Of a DNA stretch of 64,000 nucleotides, positions 18,042 to 27,764 are shown piece by piece. How positions within the stretch are numbered: the stretch's first letter is position 1; each line of letters begins with the position of its first letter. The position numbers were made by a program, and so were the translations under genes. The notes beneath the pieces are model-generated. The model was not told where the DNA came from, ran no database searches, and saw nothing but the letters and a program-made list of their open reading frames with translations. The DNA comes from Candidatus Bathyarchaeota archaeon (GTDB taxonomy: Archaea; Thermoproteota; CALKCG01; B24; DRYS01), in contig JAGTQC010000002.1 of assembly GCA_018396535.1 (NCBI GenBank), positions 64,001 through 128,000 on the forward strand, in the 5' to 3' direction.

Positions 18042-21000
18042 TTGAAGAGGCTATCTACTTTTACTACGATACTTACACTTTTATTACTATTATTTACGCA
18101 TATACTTGAACCTATACCTATGCATGGATATGATAAGATAGTTCCTCCACCTATACTTGATTATATCTCCAACCGTATGGAAGATTATAGATATCGCGAT
18201 AGTAATGTAACGATAATAGAGTTAACCGATAGCACCGGCCTCATGGATCTCTATTCATCTGGTCTTAGAATTAGGTATGTTTCAAAAACTATGCCGGTAG
18301 TCTTTGTCGAAGGTTCGAGTGATGAATTAATGAGTATTATAGGAAGTAGATACGTTAAGTCTATATGGCCTGACAGAATAGTGAAGCTTACAGACATAGA
18401 TATACTAGGCTGTAGATTTTCTCTATCAGGCTATAGAGTAATGCCTCTCAATGAGACGACGATTATGGTGAACGCTAATCTTTTATGGAGTATGGGTTAT
18501 ACTGGCAAGGGTGTACGTATAGCTATAATCGATACAGGCGTAAATAGTAGTCATCCAGACCTCTACTTTCCGAATGGCACAAGTAAGATAGTAGAGTCTA
18601 TTTCTTTCGTTGGAGAAGATGTGGAGGATAGGCATGGGCATGGAACAGCTATGGCGGGGATAGCTGCTGGTTCAGGGCTAGCATCTGATGGTAGGTTTAA
18701 AGGTGTTGCTCCAGATGCTCTAATCATAAACGTTAAAGCATTCAAGACTGAGGGGTTGGAGGCATACTCGACTATAGAAATCCTATTTAAGGCTTTGGAG
18801 TATATTGAAACTGTTAAACCAGATGTGATATGTGCTGCATGGGGTATATACCCTCCTATACCAGAGGATCACCCGTTTAATAGACTTATAAGAAGACTTG
18901 TAGACTTAGGAACAGTATTCGTAGCTGCAGCAGGTAATCTAGGTTACCAATGGACGGTAGTATCGCCTTCATCCACCCCATCTGTAATATCTGTAGGAGC
19001 TGCTACAAGGAGTGGGGTAGCGTTTTTCTCTTCTAGAGGACCTGATCCATATAGTTTGAGAGCTACACCTTTAGTAGTAGCTCCAGGTGTTAGGATAATA
19101 GCTCCAGGTAGCGGAGTATTATACGATAAATTCAGGTATGACGGATATGAGGGTTATATAGAGATATCTGGTACATCACCAGCTACAGCTCACGTAGCAG
19201 GTGTTGTAGCTTTGATTCTATCAGCTAAACCTTGGCTTACACCTCAAGCTATACTTGCTGGTTTAGTTGCTTCAGCTAAACCTTTCAAAGATGTAGATTA
19301 CACGGAGCAGGGAGCAGGCTTAGTAGATGCGTATAGTTGTCTCAAAGCGCTCGAGGAAGATTTACAACCGTTCGAGGTTAGAGTACCTGTAGAGTATACT
19401 AGCGGGCTTAGATCTATAACGCTAGATCGTAGAGGGGGAACTCCTATACTCGGTTCACACTACTATAAAACCTATGGAAACTACACTATGATAGGTAACG
19501 GCTTATTCCACTTGATACTTTCTGAGAAGGCTATGCTTACATGGCTATTCTACAGTAAGGCTAGGGTATTGGAGGGTTTATCCATATCGATCCTACCGAT
19601 CGATTCTGATAGATGGATAACATATGAGTCTATGAATACTACTACAGGTTTTAAACTAACTAGTTTTTCAGATAGATTGTGGAGCGGGTATGCGGATCTC
19701 GAGTATAAGGGGATAAGGATTCGTATAGAAGTAGCAATACCACTTGACCAACCATACATAGAGTTTAAGTTTTTAAAGACGAGTGGGGATGTAGAACTTT
19801 TAAACGTTACTCTAGCTCCTTCCATTATGCTAGGCTTCATAGAGGCTGCTTACCTAGGTGGGCTTGAAGGTATTATCGTATGGAGTAGGGATACATTTAT
19901 AGGATTAGCTTCTACTGATAAACCTTACAGTCATCTTCTAGGTAAATCTAGAGATGCTTATGCGGTTAACTCTGAAAACGTGACTTTGACGTTCAAATAT
20001 AGTGGAACATCTATCAAGGTCTATGTAGCTATATGCGATTCTTATAGGGAGGTAGCATCTACGCTTTCGATACTTACGGGTAGGGATGTAGCTGAAGCTT
20101 TCCTAAAGCCTATCGAAGTTATAAGGATATTACCTCCTGAAACATCCAGCGTTTTCAGAATACTCGTTAGGAATCTTGGGTCTAGTAGAGATGTGAGAAT
20201 CTCTATAAGGGTTGTAGGTCTACCTAATAGTAGTACCTATGAGTATAATATGTGTTACGATATACATCTAGATAGCTATACGGATAATCGTTACGAATTC
20301 CGTCTACCGAAGCTATCTATGGGGTTATACAGAGTTTACGTTGAGTTAGAGAATCTACCATGCGAGATCCATAGATCGTATGATAGACTAGTATTCGATC
20401 TATATGTAGGCTTATACCCTAGGATAGTAGTGTCTCTACCTTATATGATAGATGGTATCGAAAAGCCGTTCATACTCATGTATCCCGGGGATGTTGATTA
20501 TCTAAACGTAACTTTGATATCTTCAACTCCTATATCTTGGGTTAACGCTTACATTGTAGGGAATGCGTCACTAATACTCAGAGTATACTCGACTAAAAAT
20601 GTAGGTTTCCAAGTTTATACTTCCATATATGGTTACATACCAGATGGTTTAGAACCTACGATGTATAGTGGAAGCTTGGTATTTGAGAGTTATGGAAGTG
20701 TTATAGCCTCTGTACCTGTAAATATAAGTGTATGTGAACCTATAGCCACAGTTCTATGGCATGATAGACTAGATTTCATACCTGGTAGGAACGATTTATA
20801 CCTATGGTATACGGAGTTATGGAGGACTTCAGCTCTTAGGGGTATAAGGATTGTTCCTGCTAGCCTACATATAGCACAGCCTAAGAGAATCGATTTACTT
20901 ATACTCCCAGACCCATACTACGGATACCAGGATATACGTTCAGTACTAGACTACTTCTTAGAACGCGACGGTTCTGCAGTTATACTCGTAGGTCCAGCTA

Positions 21001-21887
21001 TATTTGCTCTGAAGTATGGCTATAGGATGATACTTGAGGAGTATGGGTTGAAAGCTGTTAAGGAGCCATATTTTAGGTGGAGTAATTCGTCTACTAAACT
21101 TGATCTATATGGTTTTGAAGAATTAGCTTCTTTGAATTTAACGGTAGTATATGGTGTATTTTTCGATGTATCTACGACTACTATAAGGGGGGCTGTACAG
21201 GTTATGTTTAGAGCTCTAGAGGTTGGCCCATATGGATTCCTTAATGTATCGAGTAGCTTCTATTCATCGTTCATCTGTAGGAGTCTACCAGATGGTAGAG
21301 TAAAATTATTCGTGTATTCTAGCGTCTATAGCTTCGATGATCTATGGTGTAGACTAGGCTATGAGGTTAAATGGGATATAGAGGAGGGGAGGCTTATAGG
21401 CTATGTAGAGCCTATCGAGAATGTTACTGCTAGGAATATAGATCTCCTAACCATTATAGCGTCTAGGTTATCGAATAAACCTCCAAGGATTTTATCAATT
21501 AACGTTCTAGATAGTAGGGTGGAACAAATGTTTGAATCCTATACGCTAGTAGTAGCTGCTAGGGATGAAGAGGGTGATGCTGGTAAGCTTAATGTTACAG
21601 CTAGAATAGAGAAGCCTAACGGTGTTACCGTCCATATAGGTGGATCCTATCTTAAAGATGGGATATACATCCTATACTATACACCTGGTATGAATGACCC
21701 AGTAGGGGAATATAATGTTGTAGTTAGGGTTGAGGATATGCTTTATGCCTATAGCGAGAGATACTTAAAGTTTGAGGTTATACCACCTATTCGAAGTATA
21801 CTGATGATTATTATTCTAGTAGGGTTACCATTCGCTATCATAGGCTATATACTCGGTAGAAGGGTTAGGTTGAGGATTCGCGAGTAG
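18042..21887 (+). CDS. Large membrane-anchored S8 (subtilisin-family) serine protease
   Basis: Signal peptide; IAIIDTG, HGHGT, AAAGN and SGTSPA catalytic motifs; C-terminal TM helix with basic tail. Confidence 0.9.
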   Translation: MKRLSTFTTILTLLLLLFTHILEPIPMHGYDKIVPPPILDYISNRMEDYRYRDSNVTIIELTDSTGLMDLYSSGLRIRYVSKTMPVVFVEGSSDELMSIIGSRYVKSIWPDRIVKLTDIDILGCRFSLSGYRVMPLNETTIMVNANLLWSMGYTGKGVRIAIIDTGVNSSHPDLYFPNGTSKIVESISFVGEDVEDRHGHGTAMAGIAAGSGLASDGRFKGVAPDALIINVKAFKTEGLEAYSTIEILFKALEYIETVKPDVICAAWGIYPPIPEDHPFNRLIRRLVDLGTVFVAAAGNLGYQWTVVSPSSTPSVISVGAATRSGVAFFSSRGPDPYSLRATPLVVAPGVRIIAPGSGVLYDKFRYDGYEGYIEISGTSPATAHVAGVVALILSAKPWLTPQAILAGLVASAKPFKDVDYTEQGAGLVDAYSCLKALEEDLQPFEVRVPVEYTSGLRSITLDRRGGTPILGSHYYKTYGNYTMIGNGLFHLILSEKAMLTWLFYSKARVLEGLSISILPIDSDRWITYESMNTTTGFKLTSFSDRLWSGYADLEYKGIRIRIEVAIPLDQPYIEFKFLKTSGDVELLNVTLAPSIMLGFIEAAYLGGLEGIIVWSRDTFIGLASTDKPYSHLLGKSRDAYAVNSENVTLTFKYSGTSIKVYVAICDSYREVASTLSILTGRDVAEAFLKPIEVIRILPPETSSVFRILVRNLGSSRDVRISIRVVGLPNSSTYEYNMCYDIHLDSYTDNRYEFRLPKLSMGLYRVYVELENLPCEIHRSYDRLVFDLYVGLYPRIVVSLPYMIDGIEKPFILMYPGDVDYLNVTLISSTPISWVNAYIVGNASLILRVYSTKNVGFQVYTSIYGYIPDGLEPTMYSGSLVFESYGSVIASVPVNISVCEPIATVLWHDRLDFIPGRNDLYLWYTELWRTSALRGIRIVPASLHIAQPKRIDLLILPDPYYGYQDIRSVLDYFLERDGSAVILVGPAIFALKYGYRMILEEYGLKAVKEPYFRWSNSSTKLDLYGFEELASLNLTVVYGVFFDVSTTTIRGAVQVMFRALEVGPYGFLNVSSSFYSSFICRSLPDGRVKLFVYSSVYSFDDLWCRLGYEVKWDIEEGRLIGYVEPIENVTARNIDLLTIIASRLSNKPPRILSINVLDSRVEQMFESYTLVVAARDEEGDAGKLNVTARIEKPNGVTVHIGGSYLKDGIYILYYTPGMNDPVGEYNVVVRVEDMLYAYSERYLKFEVIPPIRSILMIIILVGLPFAIIGYILGRRVRLRIRE

Positions 21888-22215
21888 CTAATACTTTAGC
21901 TATCTCCTGAAATAGCTTCATTGAGGACATATCTACTACAGGTATCTGACCTCCTCTAGCTATAGACTTGAATCTCTCATACTTTGGGCATTTAGTGAAG
22001 CAAAGCTGGCTTATGATAAACTCACCTGTCTCTATTTCATGCTCAAATGATTTTTCAGGTACCTCCATGCATATCAGATACCCGCTTACCCAGAAGAGCT
22101 TGGATACCTCCATAGTGGATGAACACCATATAAGCTCATCTTCACTCTTCCTATAATCTAGCCCTAAAATCTTAACCTTCCTACTTATAGCTAACTCTAC
22201 ATCCATCTCAATCAT
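21865..22215 (-). CDS. Hypothetical protein
   Basis: 116-aa ORF with a GGAGG SD; downstream of 22230-22604 on the same strand. Confidence 0.7.
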   Translation of the reverse strand: MIEMDVELAISRKVKILGLDYRKSEDELIWCSSTMEVSKLFWVSGYLICMEVPEKSFEHEIETGEFIISQLCFTKCPKYERFKSIARGGQIPVVDMSSMKLFQEIAKVLATRESST

Positions 22216-22229
22216 CCTCCGAGATAAAT

Positions 22230-22604
22230 TTAGTCTTTCAAATGGAAGCCTAAAGCTTTAGCTACCTTCTTAACTCCTTCGAAGGTTACCGTACTCACCC
22301 CCTTAACGACTTCATCTCTTGTAGGCGTTATCATATAGCCCTTGTAGAGACCGGATACATTCCCTATATAAAATACTTGTAGGACGAATAATAGTAGGTT
22401 TAACTGACGTGCAGAGAGACTTCTGGAAAGTATCTCGTATTCTTCATCAGACATAGCTACTCTACGCATAAAGGATTCCTTTATACCCGTAGGCTCTTCA
22501 TCCATAGCATCTAGCACATCGTACACGGTTATACCGTATTCTTTGAGTAAATCACTTAACGCCTTCTTTAACTGCACATATTCGTAGGTCATCATCCTCC
22601 CCAA
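22230..22604 (-). CDS. Hypothetical protein
   Basis: 124-aa ORF with normal composition. The start may be the ATG at 22595/22592 after GGAGG. Confidence 0.7.
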   Translation of the reverse strand: MGRMMTYEYVQLKKALSDLLKEYGITVYDVLDAMDEEPTGIKESFMRRVAMSDEEYEILSRSLSARQLNLLLFVLQVFYIGNVSGLYKGYMITPTRDEVVKGVSTVTFEGVKKVAKALGFHLKD

Positions 22605-22690
22605 TCTATGTTAGATTCGGATTAAGGTTATTAAACTATCGCAAATAGAGGGAGAAAACTTATAAAAGCTATTTCCAGTCTCTAGGATAC

Positions 22691-23485
22691 GTGAACCTGG
22701 TTGACTATCATACACATACATACCTATGTAGACATGCTGTAGGTGAGCCTATAGATTACGTGAAGATGGCTGTTTCTAAAAACCTGACGGAGATAGGTGT
22801 ATCTGATCATCTGAGCTTCTCCATACCGGAGGATTCCATACCCTTAGATAAACTGGAGTTATACGTGAATATGGTTGAGGAGGCTAAACGTCTATATGGT
22901 GATAGGATTAGGGTTAGGTTAGGCTTTGAAGTGGAGTACTCATATGATAGCCTTGATTCCATAGCTAGAATATTGGAATCTATAGATGAGCTAGATTACA
23001 CCTTACTATCGATCCATAAGATGGATGGATGGATAGTTAATAGTTCCAGATCTAGGGATAAATATATGGAGGTCGATCTATATAGACTGTATGAGAAGTA
23101 CTTTAATCTAGTATGTGAAGCAGCTTCATATAGATTATTCCAGATCGTTGCTCATATAGATCTACCTAAAATCTTCGGTTTTAAGCCTATTGAGGATATG
23201 AAGCCTTTATACGAAGACACCGCTAAGAGGCTTGCTAAAGCTGGTGTATGTGTGGAAGTTAATACTTCTGGGTTTAGGAAGCCTGTAGCTGAAGTTTACC
23301 CTGCTAGAGAGTTTCTAGAGATTTTAAGGAAGTATAATGTACCTATAACTCTAGGATCGGATGCGCATAGACCTGAGGATGTAGCGTATCGATTCAGAGA
23401 TGCTATCGATATGATATTGAGTGTGGGATACAAGTCTATATCAGTCTTTGAGGGGGGAAGGAGGATTGAGATACCTATCTTCTGA
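22691..23485 (+). CDS. PHP-family histidinol-phosphatase (HisK/HisJ-like)
   Basis: DYHTHT, SDH, AHIDL, EVNTSG and GSDAH motifs. Confidence 0.88.
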   Translation: MNLVDYHTHTYLCRHAVGEPIDYVKMAVSKNLTEIGVSDHLSFSIPEDSIPLDKLELYVNMVEEAKRLYGDRIRVRLGFEVEYSYDSLDSIARILESIDELDYTLLSIHKMDGWIVNSSRSRDKYMEVDLYRLYEKYFNLVCEAASYRLFQIVAHIDLPKIFGFKPIEDMKPLYEDTAKRLAKAGVCVEVNTSGFRKPVAEVYPAREFLEILRKYNVPITLGSDAHRPEDVAYRFRDAIDMILSVGYKSISVFEGGRRIEIPIF

Positions 23486-24086
23486 ATAGATTAATCCATA
23501 TCTTCATCCTCTCCATGTACGACCTGAATACGGGATCGTTATAGTATCCTATGAGTATCTTCCATGCATCCTCAACACTCCTAGATTCAGCTACTATACG
23601 TAGAAGCCTCATACAATCTATGAGAGCATTCCTTCTATGTTTAAGGGGGAGTTCTAATGCTAAGGGTAGCTCTATATCTACGAGTGAAAGTGTTATCGGC
23701 GATATAGAACCTAGTAGTAAGCCTGATTTTAGTTTAAAAAAGCTTGGTACACCCTTCTTCTGAAGCCTCATAGGATCTACCAATCTTCTAAGACTACTCT
23801 TTGCGTAGCCATGTATCTCTATATAGATCGAGGGTTTAAACCTCTTTATCAATCGTATAAGGTTTAACCCGGCTTCGGATCTGTAGAATGATATGTCTAG
23901 AGTAGTTCTGTAGTATGCGTCGAACGAAACCCTAGGTACGAATATAAAGCTGCCTACTATACTCCAGTCTACAGATCTAATCTTAGATTCTATACGTCTA
24001 GATACGATCCATTCACGTCCATGGAGGCCTCCTACTGCTAGCTTAACAGGTAGACCGCCTCCCTTTACAAGTATCTCCTCCATCAT
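23475..24086 (-). CDS. DUF2119-like zinc carboxypeptidase-fold protein
   Basis: GGLHGREW, YxTTLD, YIEIHGY, GVP and LLGSISP motifs. Confidence 0.7.
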   Translation of the reverse strand: MMEEILVKGGGLPVKLAVGGLHGREWIVSRRIESKIRSVDWSIVGSFIFVPRVSFDAYYRTTLDISFYRSEAGLNLIRLIKRFKPSIYIEIHGYAKSSLRRLVDPMRLQKKGVPSFFKLKSGLLLGSISPITLSLVDIELPLALELPLKHRRNALIDCMRLLRIVAESRSVEDAWKILIGYYNDPVFRSYMERMKIWINLFRR

Positions 24087-24200
24087 AGCTTTATGATTAT
24101 ATCCATACGTTAAGCTAAGTTTAACTCTGTATAGAGTAGAAATAATGTTAGCTTAAGCTTAGATATTGCTAGACTATCTAGCATTTAGGCGGGTTGCTGT

Positions 24201-24866
24201 ATGATGATAGCTGGTTTAGATGAAGCCGGTAGAGGATCGATTATAGGGCCTCTAGTCCTATGCGGTATATTGATCGATGAAGAGTGTGCAGGGAGTCTTA
24301 TAGGTATAGGTATCAGAGATTCTAAGCTGCTATCTAGAAAGCGGAGGATTGAGCTTAGAAATCGTATAATCGAGGTGGTAGCAGACTACTTTATAGTAGA
24401 GGTTCCTCCATCAGAAATAGATTCAGCGGTACGAATACATAGATTAAACGATCTTGAAGCTAGGTATTTCTCGAGTATTATAGATAGGTTGAAGCCTAGT
24501 AAAGCATACATAGATTCCCCTCTACGCAATTATAAGCGATTCTCGGATATGGTATCCTCATACTGTAAGTGGAGGTGTGAGATAGTAGCTTTATGCCATG
24601 CTGATAGAGATATACCGGTTGTATCTGCTGCCTCTATACTAGCTAAGGTTAGGAGGGATGAGATTATAGATAGCTATAGGAGTATGTATGGGGAGGTGGG
24701 TTCAGGGTATCCATCTGATGCTAGAACTATAGAGTTTCTCCGTAGATCTATGAGTGAAGCTGAGGCTGCCGGTATAGTACGCAGGAGTTGGCGTACCTAT
24801 ACATCGATTATACACAACAGGGGTAGACAAACAGTGATAGATGCCTATAGAGATGGTAAAGCTTAA
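24201..24866 (+). CDS. rnhB: Ribonuclease HII
   Basis: GLDEAGRG, RDSK, VSAASILAK and GSGYPSD; C-terminal PIP-like QTVIDAY. Confidence 0.95.
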   Translation: MMIAGLDEAGRGSIIGPLVLCGILIDEECAGSLIGIGIRDSKLLSRKRRIELRNRIIEVVADYFIVEVPPSEIDSAVRIHRLNDLEARYFSSIIDRLKPSKAYIDSPLRNYKRFSDMVSSYCKWRCEIVALCHADRDIPVVSAASILAKVRRDEIIDSYRSMYGEVGSGYPSDARTIEFLRRSMSEAEAAGIVRRSWRTYTSIIHNRGRQTVIDAYRDGKA

Positions 24867-24886
24867 TGTAATAGGATAATCGGAGA

Positions 24887-26236
24887 ATGGTTATCAGGTG
24901 TTGCATCTTGGAGTTTAAGATAGTAGGTGGATCCATAGTTACTATGAGCGAGAGAGGTATCATTAGGGATGGATGCGTAATCGTAGAAGATGACAGGATA
25001 GTGGATGTAGGATCTAGGAGCATAGCATCCAGGTATCATGGATACGAGGAAATAGATGCTGATAAATGCGTAGTTATACCTGGTTTAATCAACTGCCATC
25101 ACCATATAGCTATGGGTCTTCTAAGAGGTTACGCAGATGATCTAATCCTGACGGAGTGGCTTGAGAAATGGGTTTGGCCTTTCGAATCGAAGCTTACAGG
25201 CTATGATATATACATAGGCGCATTACTCACATCTACTGAAACCCTGCTATCAGGCTGTACGACCGTAAATACTATGTACCACTACTCATATGATTATAAT
25301 GAAGCTAAAGCTTTACTAGATCTAGGTATGAGAGGGGTTGTAGGTCATGTATGCTTCTCATGGCGTAGGGAGGATGATTTAAAGCTCATAGAACACTTAT
25401 ACAGGGTTTGGCATGGAAAGGATGGTCGTATAAGAGTTTCCGTGGATCCTCATGCATGTTATACCGTAGATCCGAACTACCTAGTCGAATTACATAACCT
25501 ATGTATAGAGTTTAACAAGAAGAATCCTGAAACTCCAGTTATACTTCATACGCATCTTGCAGAAACAGAGGATGAAGCTAATAGGGTTGAGAAGACATTT
25601 GGTGTTGAGACTGGTGGAAGCGTAGTAAGGTATATGGATAAACTAGGTGTATTAGACAGGTATACTGTAGCCGCGCATTGTGTACATTTATCAAGCGAGG
25701 ATATATCTATACTAGCTAGACGCAGGGTTAAAGCCGTCCACTGTCCTGTCTCAAATCTTAAGCTATCCTCAGGTATAGCTCCCATACCCGCTATGTTGAG
25801 GGAGGGGGTGCATATAGCTATAGGCACGGATAGTGTATGCTCACATAATCGTTCAGATATGTTCGAGACTATGAAGTTCGCTGCTCTGATCCATAAAGGT
25901 GTCTATAAGGATCCAACCGTTATGCCTGCTTCACTCGTTTTGAAAGCAGCTACGGTATCTGGTGCTGAAGCTCTAATGTGGAGGGGGCTCGGCGTTATAG
26001 AGGCTGGATATTACGCTGATATAGTAGTTGTAGATTTTCGTAAACCTCACCTAACCCCTCTATACGATGAATATAGCCATCTAGTCTATGCAGTTAGAGG
26101 TTCGGATGTAAAGTATGTGATGGTTAACGGTAGACTTTTAGTAGATAACGGATGTATAACTACTATAGATTTGGAGTGGCTTTTAGATGAAGCTATCAAA
26201 GCTAGAGATAGAGTGTTGGAGAGACTTCATAGCTAA
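24887..26236 (+). CDS. Amidohydrolase, MTA/SAH (5'-deoxyadenosine) deaminase family
   Basis: PGLINCHHH, PHACYT, HTHLAET, AHCVH, HCPVSNLKL and GTDS. The start may be the TTG at 24908. Confidence 0.88.
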   Translation: MVIRCCILEFKIVGGSIVTMSERGIIRDGCVIVEDDRIVDVGSRSIASRYHGYEEIDADKCVVIPGLINCHHHIAMGLLRGYADDLILTEWLEKWVWPFESKLTGYDIYIGALLTSTETLLSGCTTVNTMYHYSYDYNEAKALLDLGMRGVVGHVCFSWRREDDLKLIEHLYRVWHGKDGRIRVSVDPHACYTVDPNYLVELHNLCIEFNKKNPETPVILHTHLAETEDEANRVEKTFGVETGGSVVRYMDKLGVLDRYTVAAHCVHLSSEDISILARRRVKAVHCPVSNLKLSSGIAPIPAMLREGVHIAIGTDSVCSHNRSDMFETMKFAALIHKGVYKDPTVMPASLVLKAATVSGAEALMWRGLGVIEAGYYADIVVVDFRKPHLTPLYDEYSHLVYAVRGSDVKYVMVNGRLLVDNGCITTIDLEWLLDEAIKARDRVLERLHS

Positions 26237-27702
26237 TAGAGTAGCTTAACATTATCCTGGAATCCGAATTTCTCTATTATCGAATCCGTTATCGCTGAGA
26301 CACCTAGATCGTATATCCTACGGAATTCTGAATCCTCGCTATAAAGGTTTACTATAGCATCTCTTATATATCTTCTCCCCTTATCATCCCTTATGTTGAG
26401 AGCTAGGAATAGGTATGATTTAGCTATCATAGAAAGTGGATCCCTTTCTCTAATCTTACCATCCCTAACTCCACGCTTATAGTTATCTAGTTTTGCTACA
26501 AGCTCATCAGAGTATAGCGGACCCTTATCCTTAACCTCTCTCTCTAGATAGTCTAAGACGGTATCGAATAACTCATCATATATCTGTCTTCTCCTAGATC
26601 CAGGCGGTGAATTATACAGTATCTCTAATAGGAGTTCGTAATATATACCTGAGATCTTAGTTTTCACTCTTCCACCTGTAGCTAGTCTTAACGTCTCGTA
26701 TACTCTTGCACCTTTCATAGATGAAGGCGTAAAACCGCTAGTCGAGTGTATGGATATAGCCGATCCTAGAGAGTTAGCTATAGCAGCTAGTATAGAGACT
26801 CTAGATCTAAGCTCATCTAGATCGCCTTTATAGTCGAGTCTCTTCTCGAATCCTATATTAGGTGCTATGAACTCTGCATGCCCTCCTCTTTCCCTCCATT
26901 CTCTCAGATAGTAGTATAGATCCTTAGCGGATGTGATAACGGGTGTTTCATCGAAAGCTATCTCAAAGCCGAATGGTCTACCATCCATCTTATCAACTAT
27001 ATATGAGTAGATTCTCCACGTAGTCTCTAAGCTATCTATGTACTTTATGGTAAGCTTTTTCACATCATCTGCGCTAAACTCTATAGTGTAGCATCTACCA
27101 TCTATCCATGGGAAGATAAACCTTCTACCAGTATACCTATAGATTACTCTAATCCTATCGTTATACTCTGGGATAGCCTCCTCAAACCTCCTATCCAGCT
27201 CATATCCAGATAGCTTATCTGCAGAGAAGTCTATCAAAGAGCAGGCGTCGATGGTGAAAGCGTTTATCTTAGATGTCTCGACAGCTTCATCTATCTCGCT
27301 GAAATTATACTTTATAGATGCTTCGATTATATCACCTCTCTTAATAGAAGCTTTGCTAACACCTATAATTCTGGAAACGGCTTCAACAGCGGTAACCCCT
27401 ACTATAAGATGGTCAGCTTCTATCTCAGCTACGACACCCTCCCTACCTGCATAGTACGATGCCTTCTCTATATACTCTGTTATAGAGGTGCCTGTATGAC
27501 CTATGGTTATATGGTATAGACCGGGAGCAGATTCTACAACATATCTAGGTGCTGTCTCCCTTCCAAATGATAGCATGAATCCGGCTGCAACCCTATGCTC
27601 TTTAAGAGATTTCAATATTCCAGGTAGAACTATATCTGGTATCCTTATACCAAAAGCTGGGTGAGGTAGGGAACCTAGATATCTAGGTGTCTCTATCTGC
27701 AT
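26233..27702 (-). CDS. uxaE: Tagaturonate/fructuronate epimerase (UxaE)-family protein
   Basis: SFGRE, EADHL, FTID, FEIAFDET, APNIGFEKRLDY and SIHS motifs. Confidence 0.72.
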   Translation of the reverse strand: MQIETPRYLGSLPHPAFGIRIPDIVLPGILKSLKEHRVAAGFMLSFGRETAPRYVVESAPGLYHITIGHTGTSITEYIEKASYYAGREGVVAEIEADHLIVGVTAVEAVSRIIGVSKASIKRGDIIEASIKYNFSEIDEAVETSKINAFTIDACSLIDFSADKLSGYELDRRFEEAIPEYNDRIRVIYRYTGRRFIFPWIDGRCYTIEFSADDVKKLTIKYIDSLETTWRIYSYIVDKMDGRPFGFEIAFDETPVITSAKDLYYYLREWRERGGHAEFIAPNIGFEKRLDYKGDLDELRSRVSILAAIANSLGSAISIHSTSGFTPSSMKGARVYETLRLATGGRVKTKISGIYYELLLEILYNSPPGSRRRQIYDELFDTVLDYLEREVKDKGPLYSDELVAKLDNYKRGVRDGKIRERDPLSMIAKSYLFLALNIRDDKGRRYIRDAIVNLYSEDSEFRRIYDLGVSAITDSIIEKFGFQDNVKLLY

Positions 27703-27764
27703 GGAGAGTCATCCTCCTACACAACATACCTAATTAACATTAGATATAAGTATTCCCAGCTACG

